Source: an uncultured Methanosarcinales archaeon (GTDB lineage: Archaea > Halobacteriota > Methanosarcinia > Methanotrichales > Methanotrichaceae). From it: a DNA stretch of 64,000 bases. Shown one piece after another: positions 40,893 through 52,303 of this stretch. Made by a program: the position numbers and the translations under genes. The notes beneath the pieces are model-generated. The model saw only the letters and a program-made list of their open reading frames with translations, did no database searches and had not been told where the DNA came from. The stretch spans positions 106,843-170,842 of the forward strand of contig CAWJKV010000004.1 in assembly GCA_963843555.1 (NCBI GenBank), written 5' to 3'. Position 1 is the stretch's first letter. Every line of letters starts with the position of its first letter.

Positions 40893-42377
40893 TCAGATCT
40901 TCTCCTCTGACTTCTGCTGGCTGAGGTACGATCCAACGGCCGCGGCGATAGCAGCTACCTGGCGGTTGTCTGCGCCCAAAGCTGAAGCCAGCGACATGTT
41001 CTTATCATAATCCACAGCTGCAACCTGCTTGACAGCGTCGGCAATATTCTCTTCTTTTATGAAACCGGTATTGAAGTCACCGCTCCTGAACCTGGCATTT
41101 CTGAGCACTGCTTTATGAAAGATGATGTTGGTCTTCACGCCGACAATGATGTACTCGTAGAGGGCACGCTCCATTCTGGCAATGGCTTCTTTGCGGTCTT
41201 TGCCGTGGGCTACGAGTTTGGAGATCAATGAATCGTAGTAAGGCGGAATGACGTAGCCGGTGTAAACTCCGCTGTCCACTCTTATGCCAGGTCCGCCGGG
41301 ACTCCTGTACCTCTTGATCTTTCCTGGAGCCGGTGAGAAGTCGTTCAAGGGATCCTCGGCATTGATGCGACATTCGATGGCCCAGCCGCGTATCTGCATG
41401 TCGCACTGGTCATAGTTGAGAGGGTTACCTGCAGCCACCAGGATCTGCTCTTTGGCCAGGTCTACGCCTGTAACCATCTCTGTGATAGGGTGCTCTACCT
41501 GCAGACGGGTGTTCATCTCCAGGAAGAAGAAGTCGCCCCGGGAATACATGAACTCCACTGTGCCGGCGCTCGCATAGCCGATGGCTTTGGCAGCTTTGAC
41601 GGCGATGGTGCCCATCCTCTCGCGCAGATCCTCGGTCATAACAGGCGAAGGGGACTCCTCTATCAGCTTCTGGTGGCGGCGCTGAATGGAGCACTCCCGG
41701 TCGGAGACATAAAGGGTCTTTCCCATATTGTCGGCCAGAATCTGGAATTCGATGTGTCTCGGCTCCGTCAGGTATTTTTCGATGTATATGGTGTCGTCGC
41801 CAAAGGCATTGCGGGCCACGGACTGAGATGAGGTGAGGGAAGGCAGCAGCTCCTCGCGGCTCTGCACGATCTTCATGCCAATTCCGCCGCCTCCAGCGGC
41901 AGGCTTGAGTATAATTGGATAGCCGATTCTTTCCGCAATCTCCACCGCTTCATCCGGATCGCGGATGCCCTCCTCAATGCCGGGAACAATTGGAACTCCT
42001 GCGTCCTTCATAGTCTGCCGGGCTGTGATCTTGGAGCCCATAGCATCGATTGCAGAGGACGGTGGGCCTATGAATACGATATCATTCTCTACACATGCCC
42101 TGGCGAAGTGGGTATTTTCAGAGAGGAAGCCGTAGCCGGGATGTATGGCCTCGGCTCCGGTCTCCAGGGCGGCATTGATGATGTTGTCGATCTTCAGGTA
42201 GCTCTCCCTGGAGGGAGACGGTCCAATGAAGACTGCCTCGTCTGCGTATTTGGCAAAAAGAGCATTTTTATCCGCTTCGGAGTAAACGGCCACGGTCGAG
42301 ATGCCCAGCTCCCGGCAGGCACGCATCACGCGAATGGCGATCTCTCCCCGGTTGGCGATCAGGATCTTATTGAACAT
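40893..42377 (-). CDS. pycA: pyruvate carboxylase subunit A (biotin carboxylase)
   Basis: ANRGEIA, HPGYGFLSEN, GGGGIGM, RECSIQRRHQK, EMNTRLQVEH, YYDSLISK. Confidence 0.93.
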   Translation of the reverse strand: MFNKILIANRGEIAIRVMRACRELGISTVAVYSEADKNALFAKYADEAVFIGPSPSRESYLKIDNIINAALETGAEAIHPGYGFLSENTHFARACVENDIVFIGPPSSAIDAMGSKITARQTMKDAGVPIVPGIEEGIRDPDEAVEIAERIGYPIILKPAAGGGGIGMKIVQSREELLPSLTSSQSVARNAFGDDTIYIEKYLTEPRHIEFQILADNMGKTLYVSDRECSIQRRHQKLIEESPSPVMTEDLRERMGTIAVKAAKAIGYASAGTVEFMYSRGDFFFLEMNTRLQVEHPITEMVTGVDLAKEQILVAAGNPLNYDQCDMQIRGWAIECRINAEDPLNDFSPAPGKIKRYRSPGGPGIRVDSGVYTGYVIPPYYDSLISKLVAHGKDRKEAIARMERALYEYIIVGVKTNIIFHKAVLRNARFRSGDFNTGFIKEENIADAVKQVAAVDYDKNMSLASALGADNRQVAAIAAAVGSYLSQQKSEEKI

Positions 42378-42512
42378 CCCCGGTTGTTAGGCACCGCCAG
42401 GGTAAAACCTTTTTGGAACAATGTTGAAGAAACTGATCTTCCTTCATGTAGCCGCCAATTCAACAATCTTCTAAGAAATATTTAATAAGTATGTGGGACT
42501 AATATCCTGATC

Positions 42513-43371
42513 ATGGGAGAGGATTACAATAAGTAGACTTGGATGGATTCGTCAGAAACCAGATATTAGAGACTATTCAGTTGATCGGCCTGATGTTGCC
42601 AGACTCCTTGTACAGCTTCCAACCGGCCTGTCGCCAGAGGTTGATCTTCGTAAATATTGTACTGAAATAGTGGATCAGAGAAATCTGGGGAGCTGCACTG
42701 CCAACGCTCTGGCCGGGCTGATAGGCTACTTCATTAAGAAGTCTACGGGAAAAGAGTTTGCGGCAAGCCGGTTGTTCAACTACTGGTACACCCGCTGGCT
42801 GGAAGGTAGCCCGGCCGACCAGGACACGGGGGCAACTATCCGCAGCACGATGGGCAGTCTGGCCACCTTTGGCACCATCGCGGAGAAGCTATTGCCCTAC
42901 CGACCAGAGGATTTCATGATAGAGCCACCCTACAGGCTCGGACTGATGGCGCAAAACTTCCAGGCAGTGAAGTATGTCCTCATCGACCAGCCAGGCATGA
43001 CGGGAAATGAAGTACTTACGGGCGTAAAGAGGCAACTTCTGGCGGGCATACCACTGGAATTCGGCTTCGAGGTCTTCTCCCAGTTCAGGTCGGTCGGCAA
43101 AGACGGGCTGGTGGCTTATCCCATTCCCGGGTATGCCAACACTGGTGGTCATGCCGTCGTGGCTGTTGGATATGACGACTCAGTGCAGTGTCCCAATGCC
43201 ACGCCAGGGGCCATCCTCTGCCGCAACTCCTGGGGGATTGGCTGGGGTATGGACGGTTACTTCTGGCTGCCTTATGACTATGTAACCAAGCCTTTTTTTG
43301 GAGTCAGATTGGCTGTCGATTGGTGGGCCTTGATATCGCAGGAGTGGCTGGATCTGGGACAATTCTCTTGA
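42513..43371 (+). CDS. papain-like C1 cysteine peptidase; frameshift near 42530
   Basis: LGWIRQKPDIRD, VDLR, DQRNLGSCTANA, GGHAVVAVGYDD, RNSWG..WG..GY. Confidence 0.9.
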
Positions 43372-43470
43372 TAGAGGAAATTCCAGCGAGGACATTGTCG
43401 ATGCAACCCTCGCCCGGCAGAACAGATAATCAAGGAGTCGGGGTTCTTCGACTGAAAAAACCAAGCACTT

Positions 43471-44769
43471 TCAATTTTTATCGTCACGTCGCTCTTCCTT
43501 ATCCTTTTCTTTCTCCATAGCCTCTTTCGATAGCCGGATGGCGCATAGCTCGCTGCACATGGTGCAGGTGTCCGTCTCCACGCCACGACGATGACGCATT
43601 TGCTTTGCCCGGGCAGGATTTATGGCTGCCTGGAACTGCAAAGGCCAGTCCAGCTCCGCGCGCGCTTTCGCCATCTCCAGGTCCCATGCCCGCGCCCGCT
43701 CCCGCACGCCCGGACGGGTGAGGTCCGCAGCGTGGGCAGCAACGCGCGTCACATAGGTGCCCTCGATCACATCCTCTTTGGTGGGCAGATCCAGATGCTC
43801 GGAGGGCGTGGTAGCGCAGAGGAAGTCCGCTCCGGCCATGCCCGCAATCACCCCGCCCATAGCCGCAGTGATATGGTCGTAGCCGGGCGCGATGTCCGTG
43901 ACAAGTGGTCCCAGAAGGTAAAGAGGCGCGCCGTCCGTCAGATGTTTCATGGCCCGGACGCTGGTCTCGATCTCATCCGCCGGCACATGCCCCGGCCCTT
44001 CCACCATAGCCTGAACGCCAGCGGCCCGCGCCCGCCGGACCAGTTCGCCCAGCATTATGAACTCCATGTACTTGGCCCGGTCGGATGCATCCTGGATGCA
44101 GCCTGGCCGCAGGCCGTCGCCCAGAGAGAGGGTCAGCTCGTACTCCCTTGCCATCTCCAGGAGATAGTCGTACTCAGCATAGTAGGGGTTCTCCTCGCCC
44201 GTCTCGGCGATGTACTTCATAGTCAGAGACCCGCCCCGGCTCACAACGCCCATGATGCGCGGATCCTGTCGCAGCCGCTCCAGGGAGATCTTGTTCACTC
44301 CGACGTGCACCGTCACAAAGTCCACGCCATCCCGGGCGTGCTTCTCCAGGGAGTCGAACATGCCCTGGCTGGTCAATTCCTTCTTAACCGCCGCCTGGTA
44401 GATGGGCACCGTGCCCAGAGGAACGCCGACGGCATCCATGATCATTCGCCGGACCAGGTCCAGGTCTCCGCCCGTGGACAGATCCATCACGGCATCAGCT
44501 CCCGCCTCAACCGCCGCCATGGCCTTTTCCACTTCCATCTCAGGAGAGTCCAGGTTTTGCGAGGTGCCGACGTTCACATTCACCTTGGTGGTGAGCCTCT
44601 CCCCTATGCCTGCGGGCTCCAGCCCCTCCCGGCGCAGGTTACCTGGGATGACCACCCGGCCCGCTGCCACCAGACGGGCTAGCTTCGCCGGCTCTATCCC
44701 CTCTCGATTCGCTACTGTTTCTATTTCGCGGGGCACGCGCCCCCTCGTTGCCTCTTCCATCAGGGTCAT
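43471..44769 (-). CDS. thiC: ThiC-family radical SAM enzyme (phosphomethylpyrimidine synthase or Bza-type paralogue)
   Basis: [47 protein letters not shown]. Confidence 0.85.
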   Translation of the reverse strand: MTLMEEATRGRVPREIETVANREGIEPAKLARLVAAGRVVIPGNLRREGLEPAGIGERLTTKVNVNVGTSQNLDSPEMEVEKAMAAVEAGADAVMDLSTGGDLDLVRRMIMDAVGVPLGTVPIYQAAVKKELTSQGMFDSLEKHARDGVDFVTVHVGVNKISLERLRQDPRIMGVVSRGGSLTMKYIAETGEENPYYAEYDYLLEMAREYELTLSLGDGLRPGCIQDASDRAKYMEFIMLGELVRRARAAGVQAMVEGPGHVPADEIETSVRAMKHLTDGAPLYLLGPLVTDIAPGYDHITAAMGGVIAGMAGADFLCATTPSEHLDLPTKEDVIEGTYVTRVAAHAADLTRPGVRERARAWDLEMAKARAELDWPLQFQAAINPARAKQMRHRRGVETDTCTMCSELCAIRLSKEAMEKEKDKEERRDDKN

Positions 44770-44823
44770 TGGTACCAACTAATATATTGTAAGAGCTACA
44801 TTCCGGGTTGTTGGTGTTTATCA

Positions 44824-45465
44824 ATGGTTGAAGTGCATAAGGTTAGCGGTGCCGCCTTCGATGGCAATGTCTACCTGGTTATGGATGAGAAGCCCATTCT
44901 GGTAGACGCAGGCATGATGGCCGGCCCGACCTTAAAAAATATCAAAAAATTTATCGATCCTGCCAAGATCGAATTGATCATTCTCACTCACTGCCACCAT
45001 GACCACTCCGGCGCGGCTCCCGCCCTAAAAGAAGTTACAGGCGCAAAACTCTTGCTCAGTGAGAAAGAAGAAGGCTGCGTGGGAGACGATCTTGCAACAG
45101 TAGCCTATCTTTTCGGCCAGCAGGCCCCCGAGTACAGAGTAGACGAGAGCCTTAAGGAAGGAATGGTCCTGGATATTGGAAAATGGAAGCTGGAGGTCAT
45201 AGAGACGCCTGGCCATTCCCTGGGCAGCCTCTGCCTCTATGAGCGGAATGAGAAGGTTCTCTTCTCCGGCGACACCGTATTCCCGGACGGGAACATTGGC
45301 CGTACAGATATGATGGGTGGCAATACATCGGAACTGGTCAGATCTATTGAGCGATTGACAAAACTGGATGTTAAGACCATGTATCCCGGCCACATGGAAA
45401 TCACAAGCCAGGATGTCAATCGCCAGATTCAAATGAGTCTCCGATTTGCCAGCAGTATGCAATAA
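44824..45465 (+). CDS. MBL-fold metallo-hydrolase
   Basis: THCHHDH, TPGHS, SGDT, PGH. Confidence 0.9.
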   Translation: MVEVHKVSGAAFDGNVYLVMDEKPILVDAGMMAGPTLKNIKKFIDPAKIELIILTHCHHDHSGAAPALKEVTGAKLLLSEKEEGCVGDDLATVAYLFGQQAPEYRVDESLKEGMVLDIGKWKLEVIETPGHSLGSLCLYERNEKVLFSGDTVFPDGNIGRTDMMGGNTSELVRSIERLTKLDVKTMYPGHMEITSQDVNRQIQMSLRFASSMQ

Positions 45466-45481
45466 AACAGGAATTAATCTT

Positions 45482-46630
45482 ATGACCGATAAAAATGATC
45501 TGAAGAAAAGGGAATCTGAATCCATATTTCAGACCTATAGCCGCCAGGATGTACTCCTCGTGCGCGGTAGCCTTGCACGCGTCTGGGATTCCGACGGCAA
45601 AGAGTACCTGGACTTCGTGGCCGGCATTGCCGTAAACAGCGTGGGCCACTGCCATCCTCGCGTCGTCGAGGCCATTGGCCGGCAGGCAGCCACGCTTATC
45701 CATACCTCCAACCTCTACTACACAGAAAATCAGGTCTTACTCGCGGAAGAGCTGAAGAGGCTCACCGGCATGAAGAGGGCATACTTCTGCAACTCAGGAG
45801 CCGAGAGCGTGGAGGCTGCCCTGAAGCTCACCCGCCGGGCCACAGGCAAATCAAAGATCGTAGCGGCCGAACACGCTTTCCACGGCCGCACCCTGGGAGC
45901 ATTGGGCCTTACCTACAAAACCGTTTACCGTGAGCCGTTCCAGCCCTTAAGCGAGGCCACATTCATCCCCTTCAACGACGATGAGGCACTGAAGTCAGCC
46001 GTTACCAGAGAGACGGCGGCCGTCATACTGGAGCCGGTGCAGGGCGAAGCTGGAGTCTATGTGGCTGACAAAGATTTTCTGTTGGCCGCCCGCCAGATCT
46101 GCGATGATGCCGGGGCTCTGCTTATCTTCGACGAGGTGCAGACGGGCTTCGGGCGCACAGGAAAGTGGTTTGGCAAAGACCACTCCGGAGTTCAGCCGGA
46201 TATCATCACCCTGGCCAAAGCCATTGCCGGAGGCCTGCCCATGGGGGCCATGCTCGCCAGCGAGACCGTCTCGGAAGCTTTCCAGAAAGGCGACCATGGG
46301 TCCACCTTTGCCGGCAGCCCATTGATCAGCGCGGCAGCAATGGCAACGATTGAGGTTATTCTGGAAGAGAAGCTGGTGCAGAGGTCCGAGGAGCTGGGAC
46401 TGTACCTCCGCACTGAACTTGAGAAGCTCGGCCCCCGCGAGATTCGCGGCCAGGGGTTAATGGTAGGTCTGGATCTGGACGCAGACTGCAAGGTGCTGGT
46501 GGAGAAGGCCCTGCAAAAAGGGGTTCTCATCAACAACACAGGCGAGCACACCCTGCGCCTCATTCCACCCCTGGTGGTTACCAGGGAAGAGATCGATAGA
46601 GTGGTGACGGTCATTGGGGAATTGCTCTAA
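45482..46630 (+). CDS. argD: acetylornithine aminotransferase
   Basis: [43 protein letters not shown]. Confidence 0.92.
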   Translation: MTDKNDLKKRESESIFQTYSRQDVLLVRGSLARVWDSDGKEYLDFVAGIAVNSVGHCHPRVVEAIGRQAATLIHTSNLYYTENQVLLAEELKRLTGMKRAYFCNSGAESVEAALKLTRRATGKSKIVAAEHAFHGRTLGALGLTYKTVYREPFQPLSEATFIPFNDDEALKSAVTRETAAVILEPVQGEAGVYVADKDFLLAARQICDDAGALLIFDEVQTGFGRTGKWFGKDHSGVQPDIITLAKAIAGGLPMGAMLASETVSEAFQKGDHGSTFAGSPLISAAAMATIEVILEEKLVQRSEELGLYLRTELEKLGPREIRGQGLMVGLDLDADCKVLVEKALQKGVLINNTGEHTLRLIPPLVVTREEIDRVVTVIGELL

Positions 46631-47674
46631 TCCAGAGAAGCTAAGACCATGCCTGGGACGGCTTATGCCATATGTCGCAGGAAAGGGCATCACCGAAGTC
46701 TCCCGCAGGTATGGCCTGAAGCCGGAAGAGATTGTGAAGCTGGGCAGCAACGAGAACCCCTACGGCCCCAGCCCCAAAGTGGCCGGGCCCTGCAAGACAT
46801 CTCTCCTGAGAGATACCCTGAGCCAGAGGAGCTGATGGCAGGCCTGGCCGGATATACCGGCTTTCCCGAAGAGATGATAGTAGTTGGGGCAGGCATGGAT
46901 GGGGTGATGGATACTCTAACCCGGCTCTTTCTGGAAGAGGGAGATCGAACCTTCATACCCACCCCCACCTTCAGCTACTACGAGATCCTGACATTCTTAA
47001 ACGGCGCGAAGCCTGTCTTTTCGCAGCGCGGCGAGGAATTCGAAGTTCCCATGAGTATCCCGGCAGATACGAAGATGGCCTTTCTCTGCTCACCCAACAA
47101 TCCCACCGGCAACGTCACAGACGAGAAAGAGGTGCGGGCCCTGCTGGAGAGCACGGATGCCATTGTGTTCCTGGATGAGGCCTATGTGGAATTCGCGGAA
47201 CAGAGCCTGGCTATGCTCGTGAAAGAGTATGATAACCTGGTTGTAGGTCGCACATTTTCCAAAGCCTTCGGGCTGGCGGGCATGCGTCTGGGCTATGCCC
47301 TGGCACCGCAATGGATTGCAGATCAATACAGGAGAGCAGCACCTCCCTTCTTTGGCATCTCCTGCGCCTCGACGGCCGCGGGAGTCGCTGCCCTGTCGGA
47401 CATTCCATTCATGCATAATTCCGTGGAAAAGATCCGCATGGAGCGAAAGCGGCTGCAAGGCGTGACTAACTCGCATCCCTCTCAGGCCAACTTCCTTTAC
47501 ATCGAGACTGATGTAGCCTCCAATTTATTTGTGGAGAGATTCCTGGCCCGGGGCATCATCATTCGCGACTGTCGTTCCTTCCGGGGAGCGGGCGAGCACC
47601 ATGCGCGCGTGACCGTGGGAACGCCATCTGAGAACGACCGCTTCCTCTCCGCCTTCCGGGAGATATGCAGATAG
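46614..47674 (+). CDS. hisC: histidinol-phosphate aminotransferase; frameshift near 46783
   Basis: [40 protein letters not shown]. Confidence 0.93.
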
Positions 47675-48169
47675 CTCTCACCGGCACACCCGGCACAGGC
47701 AAGACCACAGTCGCCGGGCTTCTGCCCTACAAAGTCATCGATATCAATGCTCTGGTTAGGGGCGGCATGAACCTGGGCACAGACCCGGAAAGGGGCTGCC
47801 TGGAAGCGGATATGGACGCTCTGGCGCGGCGGCTCATGGAATTGGATTCCGATGAGATCTCTATCCTGGAAGGTCACTTCTCTCATCACTTCGCAGACTG
47901 GTCCATAGTCCTCAGGCTCGCGCCCTCCGCCCTTCGGCTCAGGCTGGAGGCGCGAGGCTACTCCATCGAGAAGATTGGGGAAAACCTGGAGGCTGAAGCC
48001 CTGGACGTTATCCTGGTCGAGGCAGTGGAGTCTTGTCAGCGGGTGGATGAGATAGACACCACCGGGAAAACCGCTCCTGCAAGTAGCAGAGCTGGTGGCA
48101 AGGATCATAAAAGACGAACTGGAGCTGCCTCCAGGCCAGGTGGACTGGCTGATCGACTTCTTCGGTTAA
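47665..48169 (+). CDS. archaeal adenylate kinase family (AK6/Fap7-like); frameshift near 48075
   Basis: TGTPGTGKT, EGHFSH, RLEARGY, ENLEAE; shifted C-terminus PGQVDW. Confidence 0.88.
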
Positions 48170-48174
48170 AGATC

Positions 48175-49643
48175 TCAATCGTTAAAAAATCTGGTTCTGC
48201 CTGGATCAGGAAGAAATAATCTGGCAAATACCTGTGCATATATCTGTCTTTGGCTAGAGAACCAATCCGGACGGGGCAGGATCCCAGAATTTACATCCGA
48301 AATTTCAGTCTTGCTTGAGGCCGTTCTCCTCATTGGGAAGCCTCTTCCAGATGTGGCATCATTGGACTGTTTGGGCCGGGCACGTCCAGCAGGCGACCAA
48401 TACGAGACGCTGCCTTTTCCAGAAAAGGAGAGCGAGAGCGAATCATTGGCCTCGGCCCGGGCTATGACTACTGCACCTCTTGCCTGGGCATCGCATATTA
48501 TAGGCGCCGATGTCCAGTTGAGGTGCTGAATTCGTTGCTGATTCGTGGACCAGAGTGCCCGCCCGAGAAGACGGCTGGATTCCGTGCCCTCGATGAACTC
48601 GATCATCACCTCTACCAATCCATGCAGAGACCGCAACACCAGGCCTTTGCTCTCCTGGATAAATATGCCACCCACTTCTGCGCCCCCCAATCCAGCGATA
48701 ACGTGGGCCAGGGCATCGTTAGATCCATATCGGTATCGCCTGACGAGCTCATAAAGGCCTCCATTATGCCGTCTATGGCCTCAAGCTCCCGGTTAGCCCT
48801 CGTGATCTCGATCTCCAGCTCCTTTCTCTGGGTTATATCGAGGAGATTGCCAAGGATCGCCCTCTGCCCTTCGTGCTCTACGGGAACTGACCTGAATTCG
48901 ATCCAGCGATATGTTCCATCTTTACGCTGCACCTTCGACTCATAGATTGGAACCGCCGACAGCTGGTCGCGCTCCAGACGGCTGACGAATTGGATATCAT
49001 CAGGCTTGACGAGCTGCCAGAAGGGCATGCCGAGGAGGCTCTCAGCAGCGCAGCCGAATATCTCGCCTAGCTTCGGATTGACCAGCTTGAAGGCTCCTTC
49101 CTGGAGTATGTAAATGCCGGCCAGGGCGTTCTCTACTATATTTCTATGAATTCGCTCTGATCTCTCGATGCGTTCCCGCATCTTCCTCTCGTTTGCCTTG
49201 AACCTGGCCTCTTGAGTCAGATTCTCAAAGACATAGGGAAGGCTCTTGAAGCTCTCCAGGCTCTTGACCACATACTTGGTGGCCCTGTTCTCGAAGGCCA
49301 CAACTGCCATCTCCGTTGTGCCGTGACCTGAAACCATGACCACGGGAATATCCGGATCCAGTTTACGGATCTTTACCAGCACATCCAGCCCCCCAATGCC
49401 TGGTAAGACCAGATCTACGGAGATCAGATCATAAGCAGTACTCGCGATCATCTCCAGACCCTCTTCCCCGGTGGTCGCAAAGTCCAGGAAGAATTCATCG
49501 TGCCTTTTAAAGCCCATCTTTATGAGCTCGGCATGTTCTGGATCATCTTCAATAACGAGAATGCGATAAGGCCCTACCATCGGAATCTGTCCTGCTCGGT
49601 TAAGCATAATTGATCTGCGTATTTCTATCTTTCTGTCGCCCAT
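48175..49643 (-). CDS. receiver + PAS + GAF-like signalling protein; frameshift near 48710
   Basis: ILVIEDD, DLVLPG, SGHG, YVVK; PAS VNPKL..IFG, RKDG; GAF-like tail WTSAPI...GAVVIA. Confidence 0.85.
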
Positions 49644-49697
49644 GAAATGCTTTCGCTGCCATAGATTTAATAGCTCTTGAAAGCATATACAGGCAAG

Positions 49698-51836
49698 ATG
49701 AAACTCATTACTGCCCTGATCCTTCTGCTTCTGATAACTCTTGGCCAGGCCAAGACCCTGATCGTCGATCCTGGTGGATCAGGTGATGCCAAAACTATTC
49801 ATGACGCGATATTCCTGGCAAGCTCCGGGGATTCGATCCAAATCCTGCCCGGCAATTATAGCGGAGCCCTTGTGAACCGCAGCCTCAGCATATCCGGAAA
49901 AGGGGATGTAATCCTGGGAGGATCTCTGGTTGTGACGGCGCCAGGCTGCGAGATCTCTGACCTCACTGTAAAGGTAGGTGGCCAGGACCCTGCCGTAAGT
50001 CTCCTGTCAGGAGACAATCGACTTATCCGCTGCACCATTTCCGGAGCTGCGAATGCATTAAGGTCGACAGGCGAGAATAATTCAATACTCGAAACCCAGA
50101 TTGATTCACCTCTGGGTTCAGGTCTGGAGATCTACGGCGCCGGAAATAGGGTTCAGAACTGCACCATCCAGGGCAATGTAGGAATCAGGATAAACAAAAC
50201 CCGAGAGGGCCTGATCTCAGGATGTCGGATCGCAGCCCTGCAGGGTGTGCTGATAGAAGATTCCAGCCAAAATATAGTTGAGAATAACACATTTTCTGCA
50301 GATGGATTTGGAGTGGTGCTCACAAGATCAGAGGGAAATGAGCTATCCACGAATAACATTTCCGGGATCTATGTGAGCGGCCTGGACGTGTCGAATTCAA
50401 GACGCAATAATCTGACGCGAAACATTATGACAGGTGGCAAGGTCGGCATCAGCCTGAGAGGTGCAGAGCACTGCAATGTAACAGAGAATGTCTGTTCGAA
50501 GAACGAGCGGGCCGGCATCTATGGTGACGGAGATTCTATGAACATGGTCGCAGACAATGAGCTATCCGGAAACGGGAACGGCATCCTTCTCTCCGGTTCT
50601 GCTGGAGATTGGCTGGAGTCCAATAATGTATCTAAGAATACCTATGGTATCTCACTGCGCGGCTCAACAGAAAATGTCATGAGAGGGAACCGTCTACAAG
50701 AAAACAATTACAACCTGCGTGTCGAGACCGGCGAGGGCACTGCGAGCGCCAATAGCCACGATTTCTATGTGCAAGATATAGACGAGACCAACCTTGTCGA
50801 CAACAAATCGATCTGCTACCTTGTAGGAAAAGCCAACCTCACTCTGCCCTCTGACTGCGGCTTCCTGGGACTCATATCCTGCCGGGACATTACGGCCAGG
50901 AATCTGACCATACATAACAGCAGCACAGGCGTGCTGTTAGTAAACTCCACCAATTGTCGCATCCAGGACAGCAGTGTCTCTCGAGCTGAAAACGGCTTTT
51001 CACTCCTGGACAGCAAGGCCTGCACCATCCTGGGCTGCAGCGTTCGTGACTGCACCATCGGCTTTGCGGCCAAAGATTCAACCGGCCTCCAGTTTGTGAA
51101 TAACCTGGCCCGCAATTGCACGGCAGAAGGTTTTCGAGCCGACAATGCTTTGAGCCTGCTGCTGCTGAAATGCCGATCAGAGGACTCTAATAACGGTATA
51201 GCTCTTCATGGATCCCGCCTTTGCAGGATCCAAAACTGCAGCACGAACTTGAATCTGGAGAACGGCATACTTCTCACCTCATCTCAGGGTTGTTCAATAC
51301 TTGGAAATACTGCATTATCCAATGACCGGGGCATGTCCCTCACGGGCAGCAATGCCTGCACACTGGAAGCAAACAATATGAGTTTAAACAAAAGGGATGG
51401 CATTTCTATGGAGCAGCTCAGCGATGCCGATCTTCTGAGCAACACTGCCACAGGCAATGGCCAGGGCATCTTTATCCAGTCATCCAAAAAATTAAGAATC
51501 ACTGGAAATCTTCTTCGCAGCAATAGCCGGTTTGGGCTGCGCATGAGCAGCACCACGGCCAGTAATATCACTGAAAACGACATCTCCAATAACCAGATAT
51601 CCGGCGTTAATTTGGTGGATTGCAGCAATAATCTCCTTTACCACAACACATTCGCAGATAACAGGATCCAGAACGCAGCCGATAATGGGCAGAACCGGTG
51701 GGATGACGGTCCAATATCTGGCGGAAACTACTGGAGTGATCATGAAGTCTCGGGCAATCCCGGCAATGTGCCGCGCCAGATTCCCGGGGACGGCCAGGAT
51801 CGCTATCCTTTCCAGGATCCTGGTGGGTGGAGGTAA
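49698..51836 (+). CDS. secreted right-handed parallel beta-helix (NosD/CASH) protein
   Basis: Signal peptide, TIHDAI, repeated GI-x-L..S..N-x-I..N, GGNYWSD, DRYP. Confidence 0.9.
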   Translation: MKLITALILLLLITLGQAKTLIVDPGGSGDAKTIHDAIFLASSGDSIQILPGNYSGALVNRSLSISGKGDVILGGSLVVTAPGCEISDLTVKVGGQDPAVSLLSGDNRLIRCTISGAANALRSTGENNSILETQIDSPLGSGLEIYGAGNRVQNCTIQGNVGIRINKTREGLISGCRIAALQGVLIEDSSQNIVENNTFSADGFGVVLTRSEGNELSTNNISGIYVSGLDVSNSRRNNLTRNIMTGGKVGISLRGAEHCNVTENVCSKNERAGIYGDGDSMNMVADNELSGNGNGILLSGSAGDWLESNNVSKNTYGISLRGSTENVMRGNRLQENNYNLRVETGEGTASANSHDFYVQDIDETNLVDNKSICYLVGKANLTLPSDCGFLGLISCRDITARNLTIHNSSTGVLLVNSTNCRIQDSSVSRAENGFSLLDSKACTILGCSVRDCTIGFAAKDSTGLQFVNNLARNCTAEGFRADNALSLLLLKCRSEDSNNGIALHGSRLCRIQNCSTNLNLENGILLTSSQGCSILGNTALSNDRGMSLTGSNACTLEANNMSLNKRDGISMEQLSDADLLSNTATGNGQGIFIQSSKKLRITGNLLRSNSRFGLRMSSTTASNITENDISNNQISGVNLVDCSNNLLYHNTFADNRIQNAADNGQNRWDDGPISGGNYWSDHEVSGNPGNVPRQIPGDGQDRYPFQDPGGWR

Positions 51837-52294
51837 TGGATCAAACAGATCTCTTGCTTCTCAAGGTTGCCCAGGATGGGCTGAGTCTAACGGATCGGCC
51901 CTATCAGACCTGGGGAGAGGTCCTGGGCATCTCTGAAGAGGAGGTCATAGACCGCCTCCGGGCTCTGGAAAGGGAAGGTGTAATTCGCAGGTTCGCGGCC
52001 ACCATCGGCCACAGGGCCCTGGGAATCGTGGCCAACGCCATGATAGCCTGGATAGTGCCCCCGGAGAGAGTGGTGGCTACCGGAGAGCTCTTTGCCGCGG
52101 CTGATGAGGTCACCCACTGCTATGAGAGGATGACGGCCATTGACTGGCCTTACAACCTTTATACTATGGTCCACTCCCGAAGCCGGGAAGACTGCCTGAG
52201 AATAGCAGACCAGCTATCCCGTCAATCAGGGATAAGCGATTACATCATCCTCTTCAGCGAGAGGGAGTACAAGAAGATCAGCGCCAGGATCTGA
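51836..52294 (+). CDS. ahbB: sirohaem decarboxylase beta subunit (Lrp/AsnC-like)
   Basis: RPY, GVIRRF, ANAM, VTHCYER, WPYNLYTMVH, REYKK; TAATG overlap with upstream stop. Confidence 0.88.
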   Translation: MDQTDLLLLKVAQDGLSLTDRPYQTWGEVLGISEEEVIDRLRALEREGVIRRFAATIGHRALGIVANAMIAWIVPPERVVATGELFAAADEVTHCYERMTAIDWPYNLYTMVHSRSREDCLRIADQLSRQSGISDYIILFSEREYKKISARI

Positions 52295-52303
52295 GGAATT
52301 TTT

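Noticed and set aside
42513..42536. TAG after MGEDYNK as possible pyrrolysine read-through
   Set aside because: The downstream peptidase is in a different frame, so it is an indel, not an in-frame amber codon.
43591..44682. Long antisense ORFs (for example 364 codons opposite thiC; also opposite elp3, hisG, hemB, aIF2alpha and the amidohydrolase)
   Set aside because: Shadow frames of GC-rich genuine genes with no recognisable motifs.
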